Origin: Tubiluchus corallicola
Lineage: Eukaryota > Animalia > Priapulida
Assembly (NCBI GenBank): GCA_030141605.1
Contig: JAQGDQ010000286.1
Location: 124,001-188,000, forward strand
Reading direction: 5' to 3'
DNA length: 64,000 nucleotides
Shown here: in pieces, positions 35,701 through 47,900 of the stretch
Numbering within the stretch: the stretch's first letter is position 1
How the letters are laid out: every line of letters begins with the position of its first letter
Notes under the pieces: generated by a model
The model's input: only the letters and a program-made list of their open reading frames with translations
Told to the model about the DNA's origin: nothing
Database searches by the model: none
Made by a program: the position numbers and the translations under genes

Positions 35701-38700
35701 AAGTTCATTATAATGAATTTTTACCCACACTTGTTATCTATCTTTGACTATAAAATCCTAGAGTATTTTGTGGATTCGAGGCAAAAAAATTATTACTATT
35801 ATTATTAAGCCTATAAAGAACTCACACAACTCCTAGCATGCACGAAAAATTGCCATACAATACTTTTGTCAGCTTACATCAATATTACTTAGTCCTTACC
35901 TGTGATATGGAATTAAAGGTTTCTGGTCTTGTGATGTCAAAAACTATAATAGCACCAACACTGTAAAACAGACAAATGAAACAGTTAGTGATGCTTGAAA
36001 AGCTTACCTTGAAATTCTATATCATTTGTATATAATCTTACTGTAAGCAAAATATGAGTAAACTGTAATTCATATTATGAGTAGAGTTGTAAAAATGTTA
36101 AAATCTGAGCTATTGCCCTTTCTATCTGAAGCAGCCATGTTAGCAGTCAGTCAGTTGCTAATTTTACTAGTAAATTTACGTCTTGAAAATGTCCACGAAA
36201 TGTTGGCAAAAACAACAGAAGGTTCGAATCTTGGTATATTTTTCCATTTTCTCTTCCTTTTCATATCAACCATAAGAGTTGTTAACTTAATAACTACATT
36301 AAGTATCTTCATAACTACTTACATTTATTAATATAACCCCTAAATCTTTATGACACATGCCCACTCCTAAGTGTTTTAAATTCAGAATTTGTGCTTCTGA
36401 GTCCAATTAAACAAGATTATTCACAAAACTCTGTTTCTTATATTGTCTGCTTTATTAAAAACTTCCCCATCTTTGACCAAGCACAGCAACAAACACATGC
36501 CAGCTCAACAGTCAGGCAAATGTAAGAAATTAAATGATTTAAATCAGTGAACCAAATCACGGCATTAAAGTAAAAATAAAAATAGACTTACGCATATTTG
36601 TAGTAAACTCTGGTCATGTGACCAAATCTTTCATGGCCAGCAATATCCCTAAAAATAAACATTGTAATAAAAATAAAACACTGTAACAGTATAATCAAAC
36701 TTATAAATGCAGAAAACTTTAAAGATTTAATTTAATATCCAAGCATCAAGATTTGCAAGGGTAAATACTGACTTTAATGTACCATCAATTAAAAAGAACA
36801 AAATTAATTAACAAAACAGCTCTAATTAATCAACCAATTAACAAACTGGCATATTTTTAGCCAAGAACGTCCTAGCAAATCATCCTACCAAATTCAATTC
36901 AATTAGATCACGGGCGATATGCAATTTAAATGAATATAAAATTAATGAATGCCCTTTAATTAATTAACTAATTAATAAATTCCTACAATTTTTTTTGTTT
37001 TGAACTAAGGAGATCCCAGCTAATCATCTTGCCAAAATTCAACAGATCTGATCATAGGAAGATGCAATTTAAATAAAATCAAAATTAATTAATTAAACAG
37101 TTATTACTAATTAACTTATTAACGAATTGTACCAAATTATTTTGACTTGAGCCAAAGACATCCAATCTAATAACCACACCAAATTTCAACTAAACTAGGT
37201 AAATACTTTTGGTTTTATTTCAATCATTTGGAGTTAAAAAGTTGAAAAAGGTCTGACAGACAGAGTGAATAACCAGACTTTTTCTAAGAAATGGGGCTAT
37301 GCTCATGAAATTACCAAGTGATCACAACTTTACTTTAGTTTTTTTTTACTGCAGTTTTGTAGTTTAATGTAATAATCATAATGCATAATAGATTGTGAAC
37401 ACACGTATGTCTATTGAGTTTCATATGGTAATCTTAAATAAAACTTAACAGTATTCATATCTTGCACACATTCTGTGATGTCTATTAGAAGTATGCAAAG
37501 TTTCCTTGTCTTACCATAACTGCAACGTAATACGAGTATTTTCATTCCACTGCAGAGTCCGCAATGCAAAATCAACACCAAGAGTCAGTTTATAATTGCT
37601 GCTAAATGTGCCTACCAAAAATAGAAATAAATGATGTATACTTAGTATACATATTTATATACATTAAACACTCAACATAACAAACTAATTGGGAGGAAAG
37701 TGGTCTGTAATAACCAGTAGTCCATAATAATGTAATGAGACCTATAAAGTACGTGTTATTGGAGCACACAAACCAGTAAAGATATTCAAGTTGAAGGCAC
37801 AATATAAACATACCTGTATTGAATGAAACAATATATAGGAATGTAAACAAATATTAGTACACCAAGAATTGCTTTATAACAGATCCTGATCTGGCCACAC
37901 GCCATCACTATGCCAACATAACCAAAAAGCAGAAGATCTGTTTAGAGAAAGTTCTAATAATGTAGTACTGTTGTTGGCAGAAGTTGACTTGAAATTCAGC
38001 CATTCATGATTATTCATAGATGATTTGCAAAGTTTCACAAATCAAAACCCAGAATATGTGACATGCTGCAATACATTGGCCACCCAAACCCTTCGTTATA
38101 ACTTTTAAAAGTCAGCTAATTTTTTTGTTCACTAGGGCTTACAATAAGCAGAATTTACAACACAGATGTTCTGCAAATAAGGCAGCTAATACAAATGGAA
38201 TAATAGATGTAATTACATGCCATTTTGAAACCTTCACACAGATGAGTTGGTAATTACATTATACTAGCAAGTATAGTGACATACCTTTCGTGTATCTTTT
38301 TATGATGGCGGTTTTACCTAAAATATAACAAAACTCAATTTCACTTCAATTCATTTGTCTCATTTACACAATATAATAATATACAATATTTAATTATGAA
38401 TAATACTACACTGAGACAAGGTGACGAAAGTCCAAGAGGTCACCTGGCAGCCATCCTTATTTATACGACATTAATATTAGTTTTACTAATTGTATGACAC
38501 AAAGGTGTATGTAAAAAATGAAGCAGTACATATCTGAGATGATGTGTCAGTTACATGGATGTACAGAAAGCCATATATTTCCATTCATTATTGGCACAAA
38601 TTGATAAGGTTACTAATTTTATGAGCGTATGAAATAATTACAGGTATAGATTCGCATAGATTATCATAACTTGGTGGTTACCCACATACCCATACGAATG

Positions 38701-39834
38701 TAGGTAAAAATGGCACAGGAAAAATGGCATGCAGTAAAAATATGGCACAGATGGAAATCTAGGTAAAAATGACACTGGAAAAATGGCACAAGAACAAATG
38801 GCACGGTAAAACGCTGTCTATGAACTTTGCTTATTAATGTGTATAGCCTTATAAGATGATTTGGTATGTAAACACGTATATATTTCTCAGTCTATTACCA
38901 TCGACAAAATTAACGGTTAAAAAGGTAGCTAAATGCTATGTGGAACATTTGTGCATTATTGATTATAAATCTATTTAATAAGCAAATATTTTGTGAGACG
39001 TTTGCTAGTCTATACAATACCAATACAGGCACATTTTTATATATTTACTCGTTTACCTTTGTTTTAATTTTTTAATCAAAAGAATCAGACAAATAGAATT
39101 AGGATTGTACGGCTTTGCCAAATATCTACTTCCTACTGAGCTCATTCTAGTTTTATTATAGAAACCAATTGCAGTAATATAATGCATTTGCCATTATTCC
39201 TACTTTTCCATATATGCCCTTTTTACCGTGCCGTTGTTTCTCTACCACTTTTACCTACTTTTCCATTTGTGCCATTTTTTCCTGTACCACTTTTATCGCG
39301 TCATTTTTTCCTGTGCCATTTTTACCGTGCACCACCACTACAGTACCTTTCCTGGTAGTCCGGACAACTCCCGGTGAAAAAAACATTGGCTATGGCAGAG
39401 CAAAGACTAGTTAAATCATATACATCATTGACCACCATTCATTTAATGTGCAATTTTTGTACATGTATGACAAGTACACAGACACACCAAAAGATAGTAG
39501 GCTATTTAATAACACATTATTAAATCATTAACTATTACAAATGTAGCAAACTGTATAGCACAGGAGGATTGGACAGAAATCCTGCCACATTGCGATACCT
39601 TCCTGTTAGACTGATCCGTCATGATAAACCTGTATTTTGCTACGCAGTGTTCATCTAGAGTTCTAGACGCACAAAATGTTTAGACGCGCAAAATGTGTGA
39701 ACATTTGTGTGAAAATGTGTGAATAAAAGTGAACTGCACTTGCCTACAGCAACATCTCCTATAACAATTATTTTCGAATTAAACTCCCGTAGTTCATGCG
39801 TGTGGTTCAAAAAGGTTTGTTCGTCCACTTCCAT
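32740..39834 (-). CDS. Rab32/Rab38/Rab29(Rab7L1)-family small GTPase, 218 aa; exons 39834-39744, 38317-38285, 37611-37515, 36648-36592, 35960-35900, 34621-34547, 33608-33500, 32873-32740
   Basis: KIIVIGDVAVGKT (G1), YKLTLGVDFAL, LQLWDIAGHERFGHMTRVYYKYA (Rab32-type WDIAG), VFLPNGSHVPILLFANKCD, GWFRTSAKEDINI, C-terminal CCW* prenylation motif. All phases are consistent; intron 1 has a GC donor. Confidence 0.92.
34285..34476. mobile_element. Tc1/mariner-type MITE in a Rab intron
   Basis: TA|CAGTCAAACTCTGTTATAC ... GTATAAAGAGGTTTGACTG imperfect TIRs. Confidence 0.65.
34800..35807 (+). mobile_element. 5'-truncated, degraded L2 (CR1-group) LINE, antisense within a Rab intron
   Basis: LALNANKTELLLIG; VHTFVTTRLDYCNSLLFG; LQNTAARAVTKTNKFDHITPTLFDLHWLPIKNRIDFKILL; GGRSF..PQLWN; (TAT)n-like tail at about 35790-35807; multiple frameshifts. 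Confidence 0.9.
38703..39326. mobile_element. MITE with subterminal AAAAATGGCAC arrays in Rab intron 1
   Basis: Left GGTAAAAATGGCACAGGAAAAATG; right CATTTTTTCCTGTGCCATTTTTACC. The motif repeats several times in each arm in opposite orientation. Confidence 0.8.
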
Positions 39835-40306
39835 CTTTTCCGGTCACACATCCTGACGAGAATAATGAACGTTTATCTGATATATCCACACTCATAATGA
39901 TTGTTTGCCATGATACAATTAAGCGACTACGTCTGACTTCGATGAATTGCGACTTTAAACGCAGCGCGATTACGAAAATATTAAAAACGTAATGTACGCT
40001 GTTTGATATTGGTAAGCACAGGCTGTCTGATAAGCACAAGACCGCTGTCTAGGTACTGCGTAATGTATACATGTATACAAGAACCTCCCACGCGACTACG
40101 AGAGTCGTTTTTGTGCTGCCATCTACTCATTATTGAATAAACTAAAACATTAGACTAATCGCTCGTCGTTTTATGGGTGCAAGGCTTACTACGTTCACCC
40201 TCGGTCTTCAGAAGCCAATGGCTTTACTTTGCTTTACCCCCGGTCGTCAACAGCAAATAGGTGGATAAAATATGTACACAGAAAATCTGAAATGGTAATG
40301 ATCACT

Positions 40307-40582
40307 TAATAATAAACCATACTAACATAATTCCCAAAAATAATCAATTGTGGCTTGCGCTGTCGCACAATATACTCTCCACTGCAATTCGAACCCGCGA
40401 CTTTCTGCTTTCCGGGCAGCTATGCTAACCATATACAGCACACAGGCGTTCGACTTGTCAGACTCAGGAATTTACTCTGTAAACCATCAGAAGTCTATCA
40501 ATGGGGAATCATAGCCCAAACTGTTCATAAAGATTAAGTGCAAGATCAGTCCCGTAAACGCAGTAAAGCTATACTGAATTAA
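40307..40582 (-). mobile_element. TTAA-bounded short element carrying a tRNA-like Pol III cassette (loop CC-GGA-AA)
   Basis: Minus strand TGCTGTATATGGTTAGC ... CTGC CCGGAAA GCAG AAAGTC GCGGGTTCGAAT (B-box). The right end TCAGTC...CGCAGTAAAG...AATTAA is shared with the element at 58624-58820. The left boundary is uncertain. Confidence 0.5.
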
Positions 40583-41302
40583 AGACCGTTTAGACGAGGA
40601 TCCCCGATGGTTTGTCATGAAAGTGAGTGAGTAATATACTTTCTCGATAGTCTAAACACGTGTGAATAACATATTTGCCTGATGCCAATGAAATTCAATT
40701 TGCATTAATCTAGAGTGACACGACGTTAACGTACGCATCCTCGATGACTTTCCTGATTAGATCAGAGGCTCGAACTTTCTGCACGTGTTGCAGCGCTTTA
40801 TTTTCTAAAGGGAAATCCTAGTAGTATGTACACACGACACCCCACTAAGGTATGTGACATGCAAAAATAGCAACTTTTTGTGTGACTTACTTAGAAAGTC
40901 GAGTCTTTAGTAAGTCTAATTGTGCTCCACCTGAACTCGAATACAAAACCTATCTACTCCAATTATTGCGGTTTGTTCAACGTAACACACATGTAAGGGA
41001 GATATTCGAAAATTTTCCTAACTCGTGGCTAAAGCTTCCATAACCACAGTCACTCCAGCAGTAAATTGGTTGGTAGAATGGTAGACTGGAGAATGCATGA
41101 AGGCATTCGAAGCGCGTTCAACGATCACTCAAGCCAATCAATGCGTGTTGTTATGGACAACGCTCCTAGCAAATCAGCTGCAATACTCAACCCAATATGC
41201 AGCATCCATGGGGATAAATACACAAACATAAAACATTGTACTTGTATTGATAAAGACAGAGGATATAAAAATAATTATTAAACGTCATATACTTTAGTAT
41301 CA

Positions 41303-41937
41303 ATGTCAGAATCTGTAAATCGTTGGATTGGTAAAAATAAAATTAATGAAAATAATAAAACTAGTTATGCAATGGCAATCAATGAAGTTAATGATGGCGC
41401 CATTGTGCAAAGACAAACTGGTTATGGCAACAGTAATAGTGCTGATTTTGACATGAATGTCTCGCCTGTGAATGACATCAACAGTGGTTTAGAACAACAA
41501 GTAGTTCTGGCCAGGAAACCTAACACTGGATGTTTTTACCCTGGAATCACATTAAAAATGGTAAGTTATACATAATGTGCTTACAAAGCTAGTGTGATAC
41601 CGATGTGTGATGAGCCATTTTTGACATTATGATATTTGCCTTGTTTATTTAATAATGTCACTAACAGCATTTGGTCAATTTTTATATGTAACAATTACTG
41701 AAGTAGACCTAAGTCATTTTTCAAAAAAAGAAGCAAATAATTAGAGCACAGTCAATGTTATTTTCTTTTTGAAACTCACAGAGACTTTTTGGAAATAAAA
41801 ATATTATCAGTAGCTCGCCTCTTAACGCACTGTAATATACACAGCCTGTATAGTGTATACATACAGTGTAACCTGGTATTGTTGCGATTGTTTACACATA
41901 AATGGTCACATTTTTACGTAAAACTTTCTTATTTATA

Positions 41938-41972
<35 letters not shown>

Positions 41973-44900
41973 ACTGTATATATAAGTATATATATTATTT
42001 TTCAATTTTTCTATGACATATAAGTATATTTCAGAGTAGTTTATAAATGCCAAAACTCTTAAATCCCATTAGATTGATGATACTTTTTAAGGTTTCAGCT
42101 TTCAATTACCTCGTCAGGTTCCTGTTTCCAAGAGCTGGTGATATTTGCATTATACCTGCACTAGATCTAGTATCCTATGGAGAAGCTGCTAAACAACCTA
42201 TTACAGTTGGAGACTGTGTACTGTGTAAAATACACTCAGCAAGTCAGAAATATTCCCCCGGAATAGTGGTGAGAGGAGACGCAGCTAGAAGAGGTGAGTC
42301 ACTAAATGTGGCAGTATAGCATGCACCACATTATTAAACGCAACACCATTTTTAATTGTGTTGAACATTTTAGTTTGTTGTTTCTGGCTGCAAAATTTGC
42401 TTCTTCACAACTGCTAAGGTAGTGAAGACTCTGGTACATGGGACAATTACTTAAAAGATGTCGGAGCCAAACTTTTAAATTTTGTAATGTGTGTGCCATT
42501 ATGACCTGATAATTAATTCCCAGCCGAACCGAACAGTCCCTGCTGTCGAACCACACTCAGAATACTCTTAAAAGTTTGCTTTTATAAGGTATATTCATTT
42601 TTTCTGGTGCTTTACTTTATGTCGTTAAAACACATTATAGTTATAATGCTTATTGAATTTGAGAGAACTGGACCATGCCTGGAGTCAAGCTGGTAATGAC
42701 ATCGCAATCCGCCCTGCCATTGCCAATTGATCTCACATATATTACGTGGGTGGTTAATTTCTCACTCTCAACATTTTCCTGCTTGTTTCAAAATTTTGGC
42801 CAAACACCCTACGAAAAACTGAACCTGTGAGACTTCTTCAGGTCTTGGACGGACTTCCGCAGCTTTTTGAACGGGAAAAAATTGATCTGTAAGACAATGT
42901 GGATTGTTTTTAAAAGCATCTCCACAAAGGCAATTGCCAGTCATATATGACTCAAAGTTCCGTTTTGACAATTTCTCTTCACAAGTCACAGCTATAGAAG
43001 AATTGATCCGTAGTCATTCTTTGACGGATTGTTCCCTGTCCACAAGTGCTCATCATACAGGTTTTAGGCCTATAATTTCCTAGGATGATAAAATTCTTAA
43101 AAGGGTAAAGAATGTCCCTGTTTTGTTGGTTGTAATCACGTTTTTGTGCAAGGGTATTTGAGATACTTTCAACACTTATGCATCAGTAATGTCTTCTGCA
43201 TTTATATTGCAACAGGTGACACTGCTACAGAGGCAACAACTGTGCTGTTATGGACAGGCAGGACTGTACCATCTAATCCTACAGCTGTTGTTAAGATACC
43301 TGTGTCAATGTATGACAGAATATTCGCAGAATTACAGGTGCTTATTTACACATTTTAAATACATCACTAGTTGCTAGTATAAAAACAGTCTGGTTGGATT
43401 ACTAACTCGGAGGTAGCACTGTCAATGCACTCAGCAGTGTAAAATCTGGGGCTATAGAAAGTAAACTTTTGCTAGGGTTTTTAAAAATACAATATTTTAT
43501 TAAGAAAAATAGGTATTGAATATGAGATGCTGGTATTAAGCTAACTGCACAGAATTACATTGATTTTTTTAGTTTTCTATAGTTATACGACGGAGCTTTA
43601 CTTATATATACATATATGATACATAAATGTATAGAAAGAAAATACAATAAAGAAGACACTGATTAAAAAAATACATTTACTCTTTGATAAATGTGCACCA
43701 GCATTTTTTAATATTTCGTAGAATAATATTTTTTTAATAGTTGTTTTTTTTTATTTTGATAGTTTCCGAACCAAAGCTATCAAAGTTGCAAGTAAATTAA
43801 TTTTGTTCATTTCATTTCATTTCGAACATTTCATGTATTGTAAATTGTAATTGCAGATACCAAGAGATCTGGTCCAAAGTATGGTTTGGCATCCATTGTA
43901 CGATAATGAAGCTCTACATGGCAAGTCTAGTGATGAAGAAGATGCTGCCTTGAGTGCTGGTAAACTATTTGCCGCTACTTCAAAAAATGTTGCACATGAC
44001 GATACTCTGATTCCAGGCACAAACTTTACTACATCTAAGTTAAATGAAAAGGTAATGGAACTTTCTTGCAATAGCATGATATTGCATTAGCTGTAATATT
44101 AAAAGAAGTTAATATGTAAGTGGCTTCCAGCGTTTTAACAGAGAAATTTCAGTTTAAATATTAACGTGCAGTAGACGATCATGTGAGTCTCTGACAGTAA
44201 TTACACTTTATGCACATGAAAGTTTTATGTATAATATGACATTGTTCTATCCCAATAACAATACTTATTATTAGGCCTGCGTGTTTATTAATTTGTTGAA
44301 AACTTTGTGTTACGTACACTTTGCAACTTTATAATGTAAGTAACAATTGAAATGCTTTTTATTGAACATTTTTGTAGGTGATGAGTCAGTTGCTGAAGTA
44401 TAAAATGCTGACAGCTAGTATTGATTCAAGCGACAACAGACTGTTTCACCACAAATTGCTGCGAAAACGAAATGCCAAAACACCTAATCATGGAAAATTC
44501 AGTCATAAAATAATGGAGAATTTTAACAATCTTAAATGTGCTGTGGAGAATTTGGAAAAGGAAATACGTGTAGAAATGATAGACGACCTGTTTGCAATAG
44601 CTCAGCCTGACAAGCTTAACAAGCAAAGATCTGATGTAGACGAGCGGTGTGGTTGAAATTGCTTAAACTTAATCACTAACGTTCTGCACCAAATAATTAC
44701 ATAATTAATGCATTAAAACGGTTAATATACAGTCGTGAATAAGTCCAGTTTAAATTTAAAAAACACGTCCAATGTAGATTACTCCTGCTGGTAATTGGTT
44801 TTGCTTTAAGAATGTACGTATATTTACAAGCTTTTTTGTCTGACGGTCTAGCAACAAAAACGCGGCAATCGCAAAGAGAACAGGATGTTATACTGCAAAA

Positions 44901-47900
44901 AACTTGCTCTCTTTAAATAGCTGTACAGGTCTTTTCAAGTTACAAACAAAATGCTACAGGAACGTGCTCTTAACGCTAAATATTAAGAAAACAAGTTGTG
45001 AAAGTCATAAGCCAAGGGAAACCATGGCTCATATGAAATCTGATAAGTGTCATCGAATAAACTATCTAATCATTACAGCTCAACTTTGAGCGCGAAGTTT
45101 TGATCCAGTTCTCTTAAATTGCACAAAAATTGGCAAAAACGCCTCAAAATGAAGTTTCTTATTTCTCGTTTCTTCCGGCGTGGCTTCGATCTACAAATAA
45201 TCACCAATGACAAAACCCAAATTGAGACATTTCATTTAATGCGCGAAATCACTGGAATTTCAGCTGTGAAAATAATATTTGTACTGACGGTGGTCAAAAG
45301 GTCCTGGGTTGAAGTATGTGTTGTTGTTCTGTACAATTCGACCATAAATCATGTAGAAATACTAAAACAGAAGAAGAAATTTAGAGCTAAGCCTCCGAGT
45401 AAACTTGTTCTGTATCTCTGATACTGGGCTACAGAACACTTGCTGTGGTGATGTGTCACCGCCGTCGATACTACTGAACTACCAAACTTCTGCATGCTAG
45501 AGTACTTCTCCAGAACCATTACAGTGTAGAGGTGGGGTGAAAATAAACGGCATTTTATTTACAGTACTGTGTGACACAAATGTACAAGCATAAATATTAT
45601 CTGCCAATAGAATTGATACATGTTAGAACGAGGAAGGCATAGACCAACCACAATCTGAATGGTGCGTTTCGTAATTTTAAACTACTTCCTCCATATTGCA
45701 GTACTGGTACTGTAAGCCACAAAGTTGGTTCAAAAGGCAAATATTATAAATGTTGGCTTTCACTAGTGCAGACGCAATTTATTCTGCAATTTTCTTAATC
45801 TAGGGTGAAGCACAATGAAATTATATTACCGTCCATACTTGATAGAAAGTTAGAGTCTAGTCACTCCACTGAAAGTGAACACGAAAAAGATGTTGACAGA
45901 TTCAGTAGTGACGGCAGTGAGAGCTTCAACGATGTAGTTACCCACGATGTGCCTGCTCATACAGGAAGAACTCGGAAAAGTCTAACGTACAGACCATTCA
46001 GGTTAGCGAATGGTTGGTTAATTGCATGAAAAGAAAAAAAACATGGCTGTTTGATTTTCCTTATTGCCTTGGCCATTTTTCTCGATGACGAAGGATGTCT
46101 ACTCTTCTGAACATTTTAAACAACGCCAAAACATGTTTGATGTTCAGAAAAAGATGTTGCCATGTTGTACATATATAATAGTCTTTTCCATGTTGGGTTC
46201 GTATTTTTATGTATTAAAGAATAGTGACACCTAACATAAAAAAGAATGCTTCATATTAAATTCCTTATGAAAACATTGTGTAACTGGAAATTCAGTGGAC
46301 TAAAAGTCTACTATGCACGGTTGATTAAGATTTATTATACTAAGCAGATTTTTGTTTGGACTACTAGACAATCAGCATCGAATTTAGTCAATAAGCAATT
46401 ATTCCTATTTCGTTATCGTCCTTTGAGATTGAATATCTGATAGCTGATCAATTGGAAATGCAAGACGTTGGCTATAATATAATTTTGTCATTTAGACAAA
46501 CATCATCAGTAACCACAAGCAAACCTGAATGGAAGATTACAGGCCGAGCTACAGCATCTGCAGCTTCACCTCGCAGTCACCTTTCCACTTTCTTTTTTCC
46601 AGGTACATGCATTACCATTCACTTATCACTTACCAAATAGTGGCCCAATGGATAAGGCAGCAAGCTATACTGACCGATTTTTGAGATTGCCTCCAGGCAC
46701 AGAGCAGGCTTGTCGATTTTGTGAATATTTTGATAAATTTGATAAAGCACATTAGTAAGAAGGATAGATATTTTGAATCGTGTTTTGATATAGGTTTTTC
46801 TGCGAAGTTAAAAAATCTCTTACGAGTATACCAGATCAGATGTAGCACTTAATCATAAATAATGCCAAATGAGCTCGCAATATACAAGAGCGAAATATTT
46901 GTTACCCTTGCATTAATGCTAAAAATTGTTATAGGTTATAACAGCTATTGGTTATCATTCAAACACAGAACAGTTATTTTCTTAGTTTTTTAGAAAGTTT
47001 GAAATGAATGAATAGAAGGAAATTCGAAATAAATCGTGAAAAAAACTTTTAACAACACATATTCTACAATATCATTTTTCTGTAAACTTTAAAGGCTGCA
47101 TTTGTGAAAATGCGCTTATTTTCGATTGTTGCAGCAAAATGGAGCGAAGGATTAAGAGAAGATTGTCAGGTGATGAAAGATGGTGCGATGAAAGAATGGT
47201 ATCGAACTCAATCTTGGCACAGAGCCACGAACCTGCCCGGGAGATCAGGTTCCTATTACAACTCAGAATCAGCAACAAAACCTGAGCATGATGAAGCAAA
47301 TCAATTAGTTACTGTGGAAACAAGGTAAGCTAAATAATTATACATATATAATAAAACATTCTCATTGTCTAATTGAAAATACTAACGGTAAATTTCATTA
47401 AGGTCTTCATGCAAAGTTTTCTGCTAAAGAACTCATTTATCAATGTCTCGTTCCGTACTACTATATCAGAGAATTCCTACTTTCTGTGTGGTTTATTACA
47501 ATTGTTGTCATGTTGTACGATTGCTAAAGCCAGCAGCCGTTCATATTACAAGATACAAATTTGCAGCGATAAACTTCACTGTGCCTTATAGGCTTTTTAA
47601 TAGGGCAAAGAATTTCAAATTCATTTTCTAGGAAAAGAGTAGTCACAATGAAAGAGCAAGATAATCCAAAACAAGACGGAAAACACCATTTTTCGGAACT
47701 CAGATTCTATAACAATGCAAGGTAGATTTTTTTGCTAACCGAAAGCGTTTTTTCAATTCGATGTGAGAATAAAAATATGAAACTAATTTTTCCCTATAAC
47801 ATGCTCTTGCAGAATGCTGTTCAGAAAGTCAAATTCTCATTTTCATTCTGCACTTGGAGATTGAATTTTTACATTTATGGGGAACTTTCACTGAATTGTT

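Noticed and set aside
36780-37300. AATTAATT-rich block with ACCAAATTTCA and GACAGACAG, resembling Helitron-associated repeats
   Set aside because: Too degenerate to define ends or family by eye.
42730-43110. Minus-strand 73-aa ORF in a DUF4537 gene intron
   Set aside because: May be TE-derived, but no diagnostic motif or termini were identified.
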